Assembly (NCBI RefSeq): GCF_009914755.1
Contig: NC_060948.1
DNA length: 64,000 nucleotides
Strand: one strand, 5' to 3'
Origin: the human T2T-CHM13v2.0 reference genome, Homo sapiens
The number at the start of each line of letters is the position of its first letter. Position 1 is the stretch's first letter. The translations under genes were made by a program, and so were the position numbers. Below the pieces are notes generated by a model. The model was not told the DNA's origin, did not search any database, and saw nothing but the letters and a program-made list of their open reading frames with translations. Of this stretch, positions 14,001 through 28,788 are shown one piece after another.

Positions 14001-14549
14001 TGGAATGTAATGTAATGAACTCGAATGTAATTGACTGGAATGGAATGTACATGAATGGAATGTAATCGAATGGAAAGTAATCCAATGGAATAGAATCTAA
14101 TGCAATAAAATCGACTCAGATAGAGTAGAATGTAATGGAATGGAGTGCAGTGCAATGGAATGGAATGGAATGGAATGGAATGGAATGGGATGGAATGGTA
14201 TGGAATGGATAGTAATGGACTGGAGTGAAATGGACTGGAAAGGAATGGACTCAAATTGAAAGGGCTCGAAAGGAATGGAGTCAAATGGAATGGTCTGGAA
14301 TGGAATGAACACGAATGTAATGCAATACAATAGAATGGAATCGAATGGCATGGAATATAAAGAAATGGAATCGAAGAGAATGGAAACAAATGGAATGGAA
14401 TTGAATGGAATGGAATTGAATGGAATGGGAACGAATGGTGTGAAATTGTATGCAGTAGAAGGGAATAGAATAGAATGCAAGCGAAAGGAAAGAATGGATT
14501 GGAATGGAATGGAATTCATTGGAATGGAAGGGAATGTAGTGTAATGGAC
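11053..14549. repeat. DYZ1 unit U4 (3497 bp, near-copy of U1)
   Basis: StuI sites 11053 and 14550; same deletions as U1. Confidence 0.9.
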
Positions 14550-17500
14550 AGGCCTGGAATAAAGTGGAATGCTACGGTCTCGAATGGAATAAAAATGTAT
14601 GGAATGGAATGCAATGAAACGGAATCGAATGTCATAGAATGTAATGGAATGCAAAAAAATGGACTCCAAAATCATTGACTGGAAAGGCTGGGTGTCGAAA
14701 GGAATTGACTCCAATGGAATGGAATCGAATGGAATGGAAGTGAATAGAATCGAACTAAATCGAATGGAATGGAATTGATAGGAACGGAATGGAAAGGAAT
14801 GCAATGATTTGGCATGGAATGGAATCGAATGGCATCGAATGGAATGGAATGGAATGCAATGGAATGGAATGTATTAGAATGTAATGAACATTAATGGAAT
14901 GTACTCGAATGGATTCGACTGGAATGGAATGTTCTGGAAGTGAATGGACTCCAATGGAATGGATTCGAAAGGAATGGTATCGAACAGAATGGAATCTAAT
15001 GGAATGGAATTAAATGGAAATGAATCAAATTGAATAGCACGGAATTGAATTGAATTGAATGGAATCGAATGCAATGGAATCTAATGAAACGGAAAGGAAA
15101 GGAATGGAATGGAATGGAATGGGCTGGAATGGAAAGGAATCGAAACGAATGGAATGGAATCGAACTGAAGAGACTGGAATGGAATGCACTGGAATGGAAG
15201 GGAGTTTAATGGAAGGTTCTCGAAAATAATGGAAGCAAATGGAATGGAATTGAATGGAACGGAATAGAGTCGAATGGAATTGAATGGAATGGAATGGACT
15301 AGAGTGAAATGGAATCGAACCACAAGGAATGGACAGGAATAGAATGGTCTCGAATTGAATGGAATCGTATGGAATGGCATCAAACGGAATGGAATGGACA
15401 GCCACGGAATGGAATGCACTCGAATGCAATGGAGTCGAAACTTATGGACTGGAATAGAATGGACTCGACTGGTACGGACTCCAATGGAATGGAATCGAAT
15501 GGAAGGGATTCGAACGGAATGGACTCGAAGGGAAAAGACTGCAATGGAAAGGTCTCGAATGGAATGGAAATTAATGGAATGGAATAGAATCGAATGAAAT
15601 GGAGTCAAAAGGAATGGAATCGAATGGCAAGAAATCGAATGTAATGGAATCGCAAGGAATTGATGTGAACGGAACGGAATGGAATGGAATCCAAAGGAAT
15701 GGAATAGAATGGAATGGAATCGAATGGAAAGGACTCGAATGGAAATCACTCGAATGGAATGAAATTTAATAAAATAGGATCAAATGTAATTGAATGGAAT
15801 GGAAAGGAATCGAAACGAAAGGAATGGAGACAGATGGAATGGAATGGAACAGAGAGCAATGGTATAGAATGGAATGGAATCATCTGGAATGGAATTGAAT
15901 GGAATGGAATAATATGAAATGGAATGGAATGGAATAGAATGGAATGCCCTTGAATTAAATGGACTGGAATGGAATGGACTCGAACAGAGTGGAATGGAAA
16001 GTGTTGAGATAGAATGGAATGGACTCTTTTAGAATGGTCTAGTATGCAATGCAATCGACTGGCAGGGAATCAAAAGGAATGTAATCGAATGGATTGGACT
16101 GGAATGCAATGGACTCGAATAGATTGGAAACGGAATGCAAAGGAATGGAATGGAATAGTATGGAATGGAATGGAAAGGAATGGAGTGGAATAGACTAGAG
16201 TGGAATGGAATGGACTGGAAAGCAATGGACTGGAATGGAACTTTCTTGAATGGACTGGAATCAAACGGAATGGAATGCAATGCAATCAAATGGCATGGAA
16301 TAAAATAGAATGAAAGAGAATCAAATGGAATTGAATCGAATGGAATCGAATGGATTGGAAAGGAATAGAATGGAATGGAATGGAATTGACTCAAATGGAA
16401 TGGACTAGAATGGAATGGATTCGAATGGAAGGCAAAGGAATGGAATCTATTGGAATGGACAGTAATGGAATGGAATGGAAGGGATTGGAATGGACTCGAA
16501 TGGAATGGACTGCAATAGAAAGGATTCGAATGGAATGAAAAAGAATTGAATGGAATAGAACAGAATGGAATCAAATCGAATGAAATGGAATGGAATAGAA
16601 AGGAATGGAATGAAATGGAATGGAAAGGATTCGAATGGAATGCAATCGAATGGAATGGAATCGAACGGAATGGAATAAAATGGAAGAAAACTGGCAAGAA
16701 ATGGAATCGAAATGAATGGAGTGTTATGGAACGGACTCAAAAGGAATTGAATGTAATAGAATGGAGTGGAGTGGACTCGAATATAATGAACTTGAATGGA
16801 ATGAAATCACATGGAATGGGAACGAATGGAATGGAATGGAAAGGAATGGAATCGATTGGAAAGGAATCGAATGGAAGGGAATGAAATTGAATCAACAGGA
16901 ATGGAAGGGAATAGAATAGACGGTAATGGAATGGACTCGAATAGAATGGACACGAATGCTCAAATTGAATGGACTCGAATGGAATGGAAACAAAAGGAAT
17001 GTCATCGAATGGAATTAAATCGATTGGAATGAAATCGCATAGAATGGAGTGGAATCAAATGGAATTGAATCGAAAGGAAAGGAAGCGAATGGACTGAAAT
17101 GAAATGGAATGGAATTGAATGGAAAGTAATGCAATGGAATACAATGGAACGAAATTTCACGGAATGGAATCAAACTGAATGGAATCAAATCAATGGAATC
17201 AAATCAAATGGAATGGAAAGGAATTGAATGGAGTAGATTGGATTGGATGGGATTGGAATGAAATGTACTGGAAAGGACTCGAATTTCATGAAACGCAATG
17301 GAATGAATTGGAACGGAATGGACTCGAATGGAATGGAATGTCATGGAATGGCATCAAATGGAATGGCATCAAATGGAATGGAATCGAATGCAATGGAATG
17401 CTATGGAATGGAATGGAATGCATTGGAATGGAATGTCCTCTAATGGAATGGATTCGAGTGGAATGGAATCGAATATAATGGAGTCGAATGAAATGGAATT

Positions 17501-18108
17501 GAAAGGAATGGGATCGAATACAATGGAATATACTGGAATGTAATGTAATGAACTCGAATGTAATTGACTGGAATGGAATGTACATGAATGGAATGTAATC
17601 GAATGGAAAGTAATCCAATGGAATAGAATCTAATGCAATAAAATCGACTCAGATAGAGTAGAATGTAATGGAATGGAGTGCAGTGCAATGGAATGGAATG
17701 GAATGGAATGCAATGGAATGGAATGGAATGGAATGGAATGGAATGGGATGGAATGGTATGGAATGGATAGTAATGGACTGGAATGAAATGGACTGGAAAA
17801 GAATGGACTCAAATTGAAAGGGCTCGAAAGGAATGGAGTCAAATGGAATGGTCTGGAATGGAATGAACACGAATGTAATGCAATCCAATAGAATGGAATC
17901 GAATGGCATGGAATATAAAGAAATGGAATCGAAGAGAATGGAAACAAATGGAATGGAATTGAATGGAATGGAATTGAATGGAATGGGAACGAATGGAGTG
18001 AAATTGTATGCAGTAGAAGAGAATAGAATGGAATGCAAGCGAAAGGAAAGGAATGGATTGCAATGGAATGGAATTCATTGGAATGGAAGGGAATGTAGTG
18101 TAATGGAC
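14550..18108. repeat. DYZ1 unit U5 (3559 bp, near-copy of U2 to ~17300)
   Basis: StuI sites 14550 and 18109. Confidence 0.9.
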
Positions 18109-21100
18109 AGGCCTGGAATAAAGTGGAATGCTACGGTCTCGAATGGAATAAAAATGTATGGAATGGAATGCAATGAAACGGAATCGAATGTCATAGAATG
18201 TAATGGAATGCAACAAAATGGAATCCTAAATCATTGACTGGAAAGGCTGGGTGTCGAAAGGAATTGACTCCAATGGAATGGAATCGAATGGAATGGAAGT
18301 GAATAGAATCGAACTAAATCGAATGGAATGGAATTGATAGGAACGGAATGGAAAGGAATGCAATGATTTGGCATGGAATGGAATCGAATGGCATCGAATG
18401 GAATGGAATGGAATGCAATGGAATGGAATGTATTAGAATGTAATGAACATTAATGGAATGTACTCGAATGGATTCGACTGGAATGGAATGTTCTGGAAGT
18501 GAATGGACTCCAATGGAATGGATTCGAAAGGAATGGAATCGAACGGAATGGAATCTAATGGAATGGAATTAAATGGAAATGAATCAAATTGAATAGCACG
18601 GAATTGAATTGAATGGAATCGAATGCAATGGAATCTAATGAAACGGAAAGGAAAGGAATGGAATGGAATGGAATGGGCTGGAATGGAAAGGAATCGAAAC
18701 GAATGGAATGGAATCGAACTGAAGAGACTGGAATGGAATGCACTGGAATGGAAGGGAGTGTAATGGAAGGTTCTCGAAAATAATGGAAGCAAATGGAATG
18801 GAATTGAATGGAACGGAATAGAGTCGAATGGAATTGAATGGAATGGAATGGACTAGAGTGAAATGGAATCGAACCACAAGGAATGGACAGGAATAGAATG
18901 GTCTCGAATTGAATGGAATCGTATGGAATGGCATCAAACGGAATGGAATGGACAGCCACGGAATGGAATGCACTCGAATGCAATGGAGTCGAAACTTATG
19001 GACTGGAATAGAATGGACTCGACTGGTACGGACACCAATGGAATGGAATCGAATGGAAGGGATTCGAACGGAATGGACTCGAAGGGAAAAGACTGCAATG
19101 GAAAGGTCTCGAATGGAATGGAAATTAATGGAATGGAATGGAATCGAATGAAATGGAGTCAAAAGGAATGGAATCGAATGGCAAGAAATCGAATGTAATG
19201 GAATCGCAAGGAATTGATGTGAACGGAACGGAATGGAATGGAATCCAAAGGAATGGAATAGAATGGAATGGAATCGAATGGAAAGGACTCGAATGGAAAT
19301 CACTCGAATAGAATGCAATTTAATAAAATAGGATCAAATGTAATTGAATGGAATGGAAAGGAATCGAAACGAAAGGAATGGAGACAGATGGAATGGAATG
19401 GAACAGGGAGCAATGGTATAGAATGGAATGGAATCATCTGGAATGGAATTGAATGGAATGGAATAATATGAAATGGAATGGAATGGAATGGAATGGAATG
19501 CCCTTGAATTAAATGGACTGGAATGGAATGGACTCGAACAGAGTGGAATGGAAAGTGTTGAGATAGAATGGAATGGACTCTTTTGGAATGGTCTAGTATG
19601 CAATGCAATCGACTGGCAGGGAATCAAAAGGAATGTAATCGAATGGATTAGACTGGAATGCAATGGACTCGAATAGATTGGAAACGGAATGCAAAGGAAT
19701 GGAATGGAATAGTATGGAATGGAATGGAAAGGAATGGAGTGGAATAGACTAGAGTGGAATGGAATGGACTGGAAAGCAATGGACTGGAATGGAACTTTCT
19801 TGAATGGACTGGAATCAAACGGAATGGAATGCAATGCAATCAAATGGCATGGAATAAAATAGAATGAAAGAGAATCAAATGGAATTGAATCGAATGGAAT
19901 CGAATGGATTGGAAAGGAATAGAATGGAATGGAATGGAATTGACTCAAATGGAATGGACTAGAATGGAATGGATTCGAATGGAAGGCAAAGGAATGGAAT
20001 CTATTGGAATGGACTGTAATGGAATGGAATGGAAGGGATTGGAATGGACTCGAATGGAATGGACTGCAATAGAAAGGATTCGAATGGAATGAAAAAGAGT
20101 TGAATGGAATAGAACAGAATGGAATCAAATCGAATGAAATGGAATGGAATAGAAAGGAATGGAATGAAATGGAATGGAAAGGATTCGAATGGAATGCAAT
20201 CGAATGGAATGGAATCGAACGGAATGGAATAAAATGGAAGAAAACTGGCAAGAAATGGAAACGAAATGAATGGAGTGTTATGGAACGGACTCAAAAGGAA
20301 TTGAATGTAATAGAATGGAGTGGAGTGGACTCGAATATAATGGACTGGAATGGAATGAAATCACATGGAATGGGAACGAATGGAATGGAATGGAAAGGAA
20401 TGGAATCGAATGGAAAGGAATCGAATGGAAGGGAATGAAATTGAATCAACAGGAATGGAAGGGAATAGAATAGACGGTAATGGAATGGACTCGAATAGAA
20501 TGGACACGAATGCTCAAATTGAATGGACTCGAATGGAATGGAAACGAAGGAATGTCATCGAATGGAATTGAATCGATTGGAATGAAATCGCATAGAATGG
20601 AGTGGAATCAAATGGAATTGAATCGAAAGGAAAGGAAGCGAATGGACTGAAATGAAATGGAATGGAATTGAATGGAAAGTAATGCAATGGAATAGAATGG
20701 AACGAAATTTCACGGAATGGAATCAAACTGAATGGAATCAAATCAATGGAATCAAATCAAATGGAATGGAAAGGAATTGAATGGAGTAGATTGGATTGGA
20801 TGGGATTGGAATGAAATGTACTGGAAAGGACTCGAATTTCATGAAACGGAATGGAATGAATTGGAACGGAATGGACTCAAATGGAATGGAATGTCATGGA
20901 ATGGCATCAAGTGGAATGGCATCAAATGGAATTTAATCGAATGCAATGGAATGCTATCGAATGGAATGGAATGCATTGGAATGGAATGTCCTCTAATGGA
21001 ATGGATTCGAGTGGAATGGAATCGAATATAATGGAGTCGAATGAAAAGGAATTGAAAGGAATGGGATCGAATACAATGGAATATACTGTAATGTAATGTA

Positions 21101-21676
21101 ATGAACTCGAATGTAATTGACTGGAATGGAATGTACATGAATGGAATGTAATCGAATGGAAAGTAATCCAATGGAATAGAATCTAATGCAATAAAATCGA
21201 CTCAGATAGAGTAGAATGTAATGGAATGGAGGGCAGTGCAATGGAATGGAATGGAATGGAATGCAATGGAATGGAATGGAATGGAATGGAATGGAATGGA
21301 ATGGAATGGAATGGGATGGAATGGTATGGAATGGATAGTAATGGACTGGAATGAAATGGACTGGAAAAGAATGGACTCAAATTGAAAGGGCTCGAAAGGA
21401 ATGGAGTCAAATGGAATGGTCTGGAATGGAATGAACACGAATGTAATGCAATCCAATAGAATGGAATCGAATGGCATGGAATATAAAGAAATGGAATCGA
21501 AGAGAATGGAAACAAATGGAATGGAATTGAATGGAATGGAATTGAATGGAATGGGAACGAATGGAGTGAAATTGTATGCAGTAGAAGAGAATAGAATGGA
21601 ATGCAAGCGAAAGGAAAGGAATGGATTGCAATGGAATGGAATTCATTGGAATGGAAGGGAATGTAGTGTAATGGAC
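18109..21676. repeat. DYZ1 unit U6 (3568 bp, Y)
   Basis: StuI sites 18109 and 21677. Confidence 0.9.
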
Positions 21677-24600
21677 AGGCCTGGAATAAAGTGGAATGCT
21701 ACGGTCTCGAATGGAATAAAAATGTATGGAATGGAATGCAATGAAACGGAATCGAATGTCATAGAATGTAATGGAATGCAAAAAAATGGAATCCAAAATC
21801 ATTGACTGGAAAGGCTGGGTGTCGAAAGGAATTGACTCCAATGGAATGGAATCGAATGGAATGGAAGTGAATAGAATCGAACTAAATCGAATGGAATGGA
21901 ATTGATAGGAACGGAATGGAAAGGAATGCAATGATTTGGCATGGAATGGAATCGAATGGCATCGAATGGAATGGAATGGAATGCAATGGAATGGAATGTA
22001 TTAGAATGTAATGAACATTAATGGAATGTACTCGAATGGATTCGACTGGAATGGAATGTTCTGGAAGTGAATGGACTCCAATGGAATGGATTCGAAAGGA
22101 ATGGAATCGAACGGAATGGAATCTAATGGAATGGAATTAAATGGAAATGAATCAAATTGAATAGCACGGAATTGAATTGAATGGAATCGAATGCAATGGA
22201 ATCTAATGAAACGGAAAGGAAAGGAATGGAATGGAATGGAATGGGCTGGAATGGAAAGGAATCGAAACGAATGGAATGGAATCGAACTGAAGAGACTGGA
22301 ATGGAATGCACTGGAATGGAAGGGAGTGTAATGGAAGGTTCTCGAAAATAATGGAAGCAAATGGAATGGAATTGAATGGAACGGAATAGAGTCGAATGGA
22401 ATTGAATGGAATGGAATGGACTAGAGTGAAATGGAATCGAACCACAAGGAATGGACAGGAATAGAATGGTCTCGAATTGAATGGAATCGTATGGAATGGC
22501 ATCAAACGGAATGGAATGGACAGCCACGGAATGGAATGCACTCGAATGCAATGGAGTCGAAACTTATGGACTGGAATAGAATGGACTCGACTGGTACGGA
22601 CACCAATGGAATGGAATCGAATGGAAGGGATTCGAACGGAATGGACTCGAAGGGAAAAGACTGCAATGGAAAGGTCTCGAATGGAATGGAAATTAATGGA
22701 ATGGAATGGAATCGAATGAAATGGAGTCAAAAGGAATGGAATCGAATGGCAAGAAATCGAATGTAATGGAATCGCAAGGAATTGATGTGAACGGAACGGA
22801 ATGGAATGGAATCCAAAGGAATGGAATAGAATGGAATGGAATCGAATGGAAAGGACTCGAATGGAAATCACTCGAATAGAATGCAATTTAATAAAATAGG
22901 ATCAAATGTAATTGAATGGAATGGAAAGGAATCGAAACGAAAGGAATGGAGACAGATGGAATGGAATGGAACAGGGAGCAATGGTATAGAATGGAATGGA
23001 ATCATCTGGAATGGAATTGAATGGAATGGAATAATATGAAATGGAATGGAATGGAATGGAATGGAATGCCCTTGAATTAAATGGACTGGAATGGAATGGA
23101 CTCGAACAGAGTGGAATGGAAAGTGTTGAGATAGAATGGAATGGACTCTTTTGGAATGGTCTAGTATGCAATGCAATCGACTGGCAGGGAATCAAAAGGA
23201 ATGTAATCGAATGGATTAGACTGGAATGCAATGGACTCGAATAGATTGGAAACGGAATGCAAAGGAATGGAATGGAATAGTATGGAATGGAATGGAAAGG
23301 AATGGAGTGGAATAGACTAGAGTGGAATGGAATGGACTGGAAAGCAATGGACTGGAATGGAACTTTCTTGAATGGACTGGAATCAAACGGAATGGAATGC
23401 AATGCAATCAAACGGCATGGAATAAAATAGAATGAAAGAGAATCAAATGGAATTGAATCGAATGGAATCGAATGGATTGGAAAGGAATAGAATGGAATGG
23501 AATGGAATTGACTCAAATGGAATGGACTAGAATGGAATGGATTCGAATGGAAGGCAAAGGAATGGAATCTATTGGAATGGACTGTAATGGAATGGAATGG
23601 AAGGGATTGGAATGGACTCGAATGGAATGGACTGCAATAGAAAGGATTCGAATGGAATGAAAAAGAGTTGAATGGAATAGAACAGAATGGAATCAAATCG
23701 AATGAAATGGAATGGAATAGAAAGGAATGGAATGAAATGGAATGGAAAGGATTCGAATGGAATGCAATCGAATGGAATGGAATCGAACGGAATGGAATAA
23801 AATGGAAGAAAACTGGCAAGAAATGGAATCGAAATGAATGGAGTGTTATGGAACGGACTCAAAAGGAATTGAATGTAATAGAATGGAGTGGAGTGGACTC
23901 GAATATAATGGACTGGAATGGAATGAAATCACATGGAATGGGAACGAATGGAATGGAATGGAAAGGAATGGAATCGAATGGAAAGGAATCGAATGGAAGG
24001 GAATGAAATTGAATCAACAGGAATGGAAGGGAATAGAATAGACGGTAATGGAATGGACTCGAATAGAATGGACACGAATGCTCAAATTGAATGGACTCGA
24101 ATGGAATGGAAACGAAAGGAATGTCATCGAATGGAATTGAATCGATTGGAATGAAATCGCATAGAATGGAGTGGAATCAAATGGAATTGAATCGAAAGGA
24201 AAGGAAGCGAATGGACTGAAATGAAATGGAATGGAATTGAATGGAAAGTAATGCAATGGAATAGAATGGAACGAAATTTCACGGAATGGAATCAAACTGA
24301 ATGGAATCAAATCAATGGAATCAAATCAAATGGAATGGAAAGGAATTGAATGGAGTAGATTGGATTGGATGGGATTGGAATGAAATGTACTGGAAAGGAC
24401 TCGAATTTCATGAAACGGAATGGAATGAATTGGAACGGAATGGACTCAAATGGAATGGAATGTCATGGAATGGCATCAAGTGGAATGGCATCAAATGGAA
24501 TGGAATCGAATGCAATGGAATGCTATCGAATGGAATGGAATGCATTGGAATGGAATGTCCTCTAATGGAATGGATTCGAGTGGAATGGAATCGAATATAA

Positions 24601-25245
24601 TGGAGTCGAATGAAAAGGAATTGAAAGGAATGGGATCGAATACAATGGAATATACTGGAATGTAATGTAATGAACTCGAATGTAATTGACTGGAATGGAA
24701 TGTACATGAATGGAATGTAATCGAATGGAAAGTAATCCAATGGAATAGAATCTAATGCAATAAAATCGACTCAGATAGAGTAGAATGTAATGGAATGGAG
24801 GGCAGTGCAATGGAATGGAATGGAATGGAATGCAATGGAATGGAATGGAATGGAATGGAATGGAATGGAATGGAATGGAATGGGATGGAATGGTATGGAA
24901 TGGATAGTAATGGACTGGAATGAAATGGACTGGAAAAGAATGGACTCAAATTGAAAGGGCTCGAAAGGAATGGAGTCAAATGGAATGGTCTGGAATGGAA
25001 TGAACACGAATGTAATGCAATCCAATAGAATGGAATCGAATGGCATGGAATATAAAGAAATGGAATCGAAGAGAATGGAAACAAATGGAATGGAATTGAA
25101 TGGAATGGAATTGAATGGAATGGGAACGAATGGAGTGAAATTGTATGCAGTAGAAGAGAATAGAATGGAATGCAAGCGAAAGGAAAGGAATGGATTGCAA
25201 TGGAATGGAATTCATTGAAATGGAAGGAAATGTAGTGTAATGGAC
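21677..25245. repeat. DYZ1 unit U7 (3569 bp, near-copy of U6)
   Basis: StuI sites 21677 and 25246. Confidence 0.9.
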
Positions 25246-28200
25246 AGGCCTGGAATAAAGTGGAATGCTACGGTCTCGAATGGAATAAAAATGTATGGAA
25301 TGGAATGCAATGAAACGGAATCGAATGTCATAGAATGTAATGGAATGCAAAAAAATGGAATCCAAAATCATTGACTGGAAAGGCTGGGTGTCGAAAGGAA
25401 TTGACTCCAATGGAATGGAATCGAATGGAATGGAAGTGAATAGAATCGAACTAAATCGAATGGAATGGAATTGATAGGAACGGAATGGAAAGGAATGCAA
25501 TGATTTGGCATGGAATGGAATCGAATGGCATCGAATGGAATGGAATGGAATGCAATGGAATGGAATGTATTAGAATGTAATGAACATTAATGGAATGTAC
25601 TCGAATGGATTCGACTGGAATGGAATGTTCTGGAAGTGAATGGACTCCAATGGAATGGATTCGAAAGGAATGGAATCGAACGGAATGGAATCTAATGGAA
25701 TGGAATTAAATGGAAATGAATCAAATTGAATAGCCGGAATTGAATTGAATGGAATCGAATGCAATGGAATCTAATGAAACGGAAAGGAAAGGAATGGAAT
25801 GGAATGGAATGGGCTGGAATGGAAAGGAATCGAAACGAATGGAATGGAAGCGAACTGAAGAGACTGGAATGGAATGCACTGGAATGGAAGGGATTGTAAT
25901 GGAAGGTTCTCGAAAATAATGGAAGCAAATGGAATGGAATTGAATGGAACGGAATAGAGTCGAATGGAATTGAATGGAATGGAATGGACTAGAGTGAAAT
26001 GGAATCGAACCACAAGGAATGGACAGGAATAGAATGGTCTCGAATTGAATGGAATCGTATGGAATGGCATCAAACGGAATGGAATGGACAGCCACGGAAT
26101 GGAATGGACTCGAATGCAATGGAGTCGAAACTTATGGACTGGAATAGAATGGACTCGACTGGTACGGACTCCAATGGAATGGAATCGAATGGAAGGGATT
26201 CGAACGGAATGGACTCGAAGGGAAAAGACTGCAATGGAAAGGTCTCGAATGGAATGGAAATTAATGGAATGGAATGGAATCGAATGAAATGGAGTCAAAA
26301 GGAATGGAATCGAATGGCAAGAAATCGAATGTAATGGAATCGCAAGGAATTGATGTGAATGGAACGGAATGGAATGGAATCCAAAGGAATGGAATAGAAT
26401 GGAATGGAATCGAATGGAAAGGACTCGAATGGAAATCACTCGAATAGAATGCAATTTAATAAAATAGGATCAAATGTAATGGAATGGAATGGAAAGGAAT
26501 CGAAACGAAAGGAATGGAGACAGATGGAATGGAATGGAACAGAGAGCAATGGTATAGAATGGAATGGAATCATCTGGAATGGAATTGAATGGAATGGAAT
26601 AATATGAAATGGAATGGAATGGAATGGAATGGAATGCCCTTGAATTAAATGGACTGGAATGGAATGGACTCGAACAGAGTGGAATGGAAAGTGTTGAGAT
26701 AGAATGGAATGGACTCCTTTGGAATGCTCTAGTATGCAATGCAATCGACTGGCAGGGAATCAAAAGGAATGTAATGGAATGGATTGGACTGGAATGCAAT
26801 GGACTCGAATAGATTGGAAACGGAATGCAAAGGAATGGAATGGAATAGTATGGAATGGAATGGAAAGGAATGGAGTGGAATAGACTAGAGTGGAATGGAA
26901 TGGACTGGAAAGCAATGGACTGGAATGGAACTTTCTTGAATGGACTGGAATCAAACGGAATGGAATGCAATGCAATCAAATGGCATGGAATAAAATAGAA
27001 TGAAAGAGAATCAAATGGAATTGAATCGAATGGAATCGAATGGATTGGAAAGGAATAGAATGGAATGGAATGGAATTGACTCAAATGGAATGGACTAGAA
27101 TGGAATGGATTCGAATGGAAGGCAAAGGAATGGAATCTATTGGAATGGACTGTAATGGAATGGAATGGAAGGGATTGGAATGGACTCGAATGGAATGGAC
27201 TGCAATAGAAAGGATTCGAATGGAATGAAAAAGAATTGAATGGAATAGAACAGAATGGAATCAAATCGAATGAAATGGAATGGAATAGAAAGGAATGGAA
27301 TGAAATGGAATGGAAAGGATTCGAATGGAATGCAATCGAATGGAATGGAATCGAACGGAATGGAATAAAATGGAAGAAAACTGGCAAGAAATGGAATCGA
27401 AATGAATGGAGTGTTATGGAACGGACTCAAAAGGAATTGAATGTAATAGAATGGAGTGGAGTGGACTCGAATATAATGGACTGGAATGGAATGAAATCAC
27501 ATGGAATGGGAACGAATGGAATGGAATGGAAAGGAATGGAATCGAATGGAAAGGAATCGAATGGAAGGGAATGAAATTGAATCAACAGGAATGGAAGGGA
27601 ATAGAATAGACGGTAATGGAATGGACTCGAATAGAATGGACACGCATGCTCAAATTGAATGGACTCGAATGGAATGGAAACGAAAGGAATGTCATCGAAT
27701 GGAATTGAATCGATTGGAATGAAATCGCATAGAATGGAGTGGAATCAAATGGAATTGAATCGAAAGGAAAGGAAGCGAATGGACTGAAATGAAATGGAAT
27801 GGAATTGAATGGAAAGTAATGCAATGGAATAGAATGGAACGAAATTTCACGGAATGGAATCAAACTGAATGGAATCAAATCAATGGAATCAAATCAAATG
27901 GAATGGAGTAGATTGGATTGGATGGGATTGGAATGAAATGTACTGGAAAGGACTCGAATTTCATGAAACGGAATGGAATGAATTGGAACGGAATGGACTC
28001 GAATGGAATGGAATGTCATAGAATGGCATCAAATGGAATGGCATCAAATGGAATGGAATCGAATGCAATGGAATGCTATGGAATGGAATGGAATGCATTG
28101 GAATGGAATGTCCTCTAATGGAATGGATTCGAGTGGAATGGAATCGAATATAATGGAGTCGAATGAAATGGAATTGAAAGGAATGGGATCGAATACAATG

Positions 28201-28788
28201 GAATATACTGGAATGTAATGTAATGAACTCGAATGTAATCGACTGGAATGGAATGTACATGAATGGAATGTAATCCAATGGAAAGTAATCCAATGGAATA
28301 GAATCTAATGCAATAAAATCGACTCAGATAGAGTAGAATGTAATGGAATGGAGTGCAGTGCAATGGAATGGAATGGAATGGAATGCAATGGAATGGAATG
28401 GAATGGAATGGAATGGAATGGAATGGGATTGAATGGTATGGAATGGATAGTAATGGACTGGAGTGAAATGGACTGGAAAGGAATGGACTCAAATTGAAAG
28501 GGCTCGAAAGGAATGGAGTCAAATGGAATGGTCTGGAATGGAATGAACACGAATGTAATGCAATCCAATAGAATGGAATCGAATGGCATGGAATATAAAG
28601 AAATGGAATCGAAGAGAATGGAAACAAATGGAATGGAATTGAATGGAATGGAATTGAATGGAATGGGAACGAATGGAGTGAAATTGTATGCAGTAGAAGA
28701 GAATAGAATGGAATGCAAGCGAAAGGAAAGGAATGGATTGGAATGGAATGGAATTCATTGGAATGGAAGGGAATGTAGTGTAATGGAC
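25246..28788. repeat. DYZ1 unit U8 (3543 bp, Y)
   Basis: StuI sites 25246 and 28789. Confidence 0.9.
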
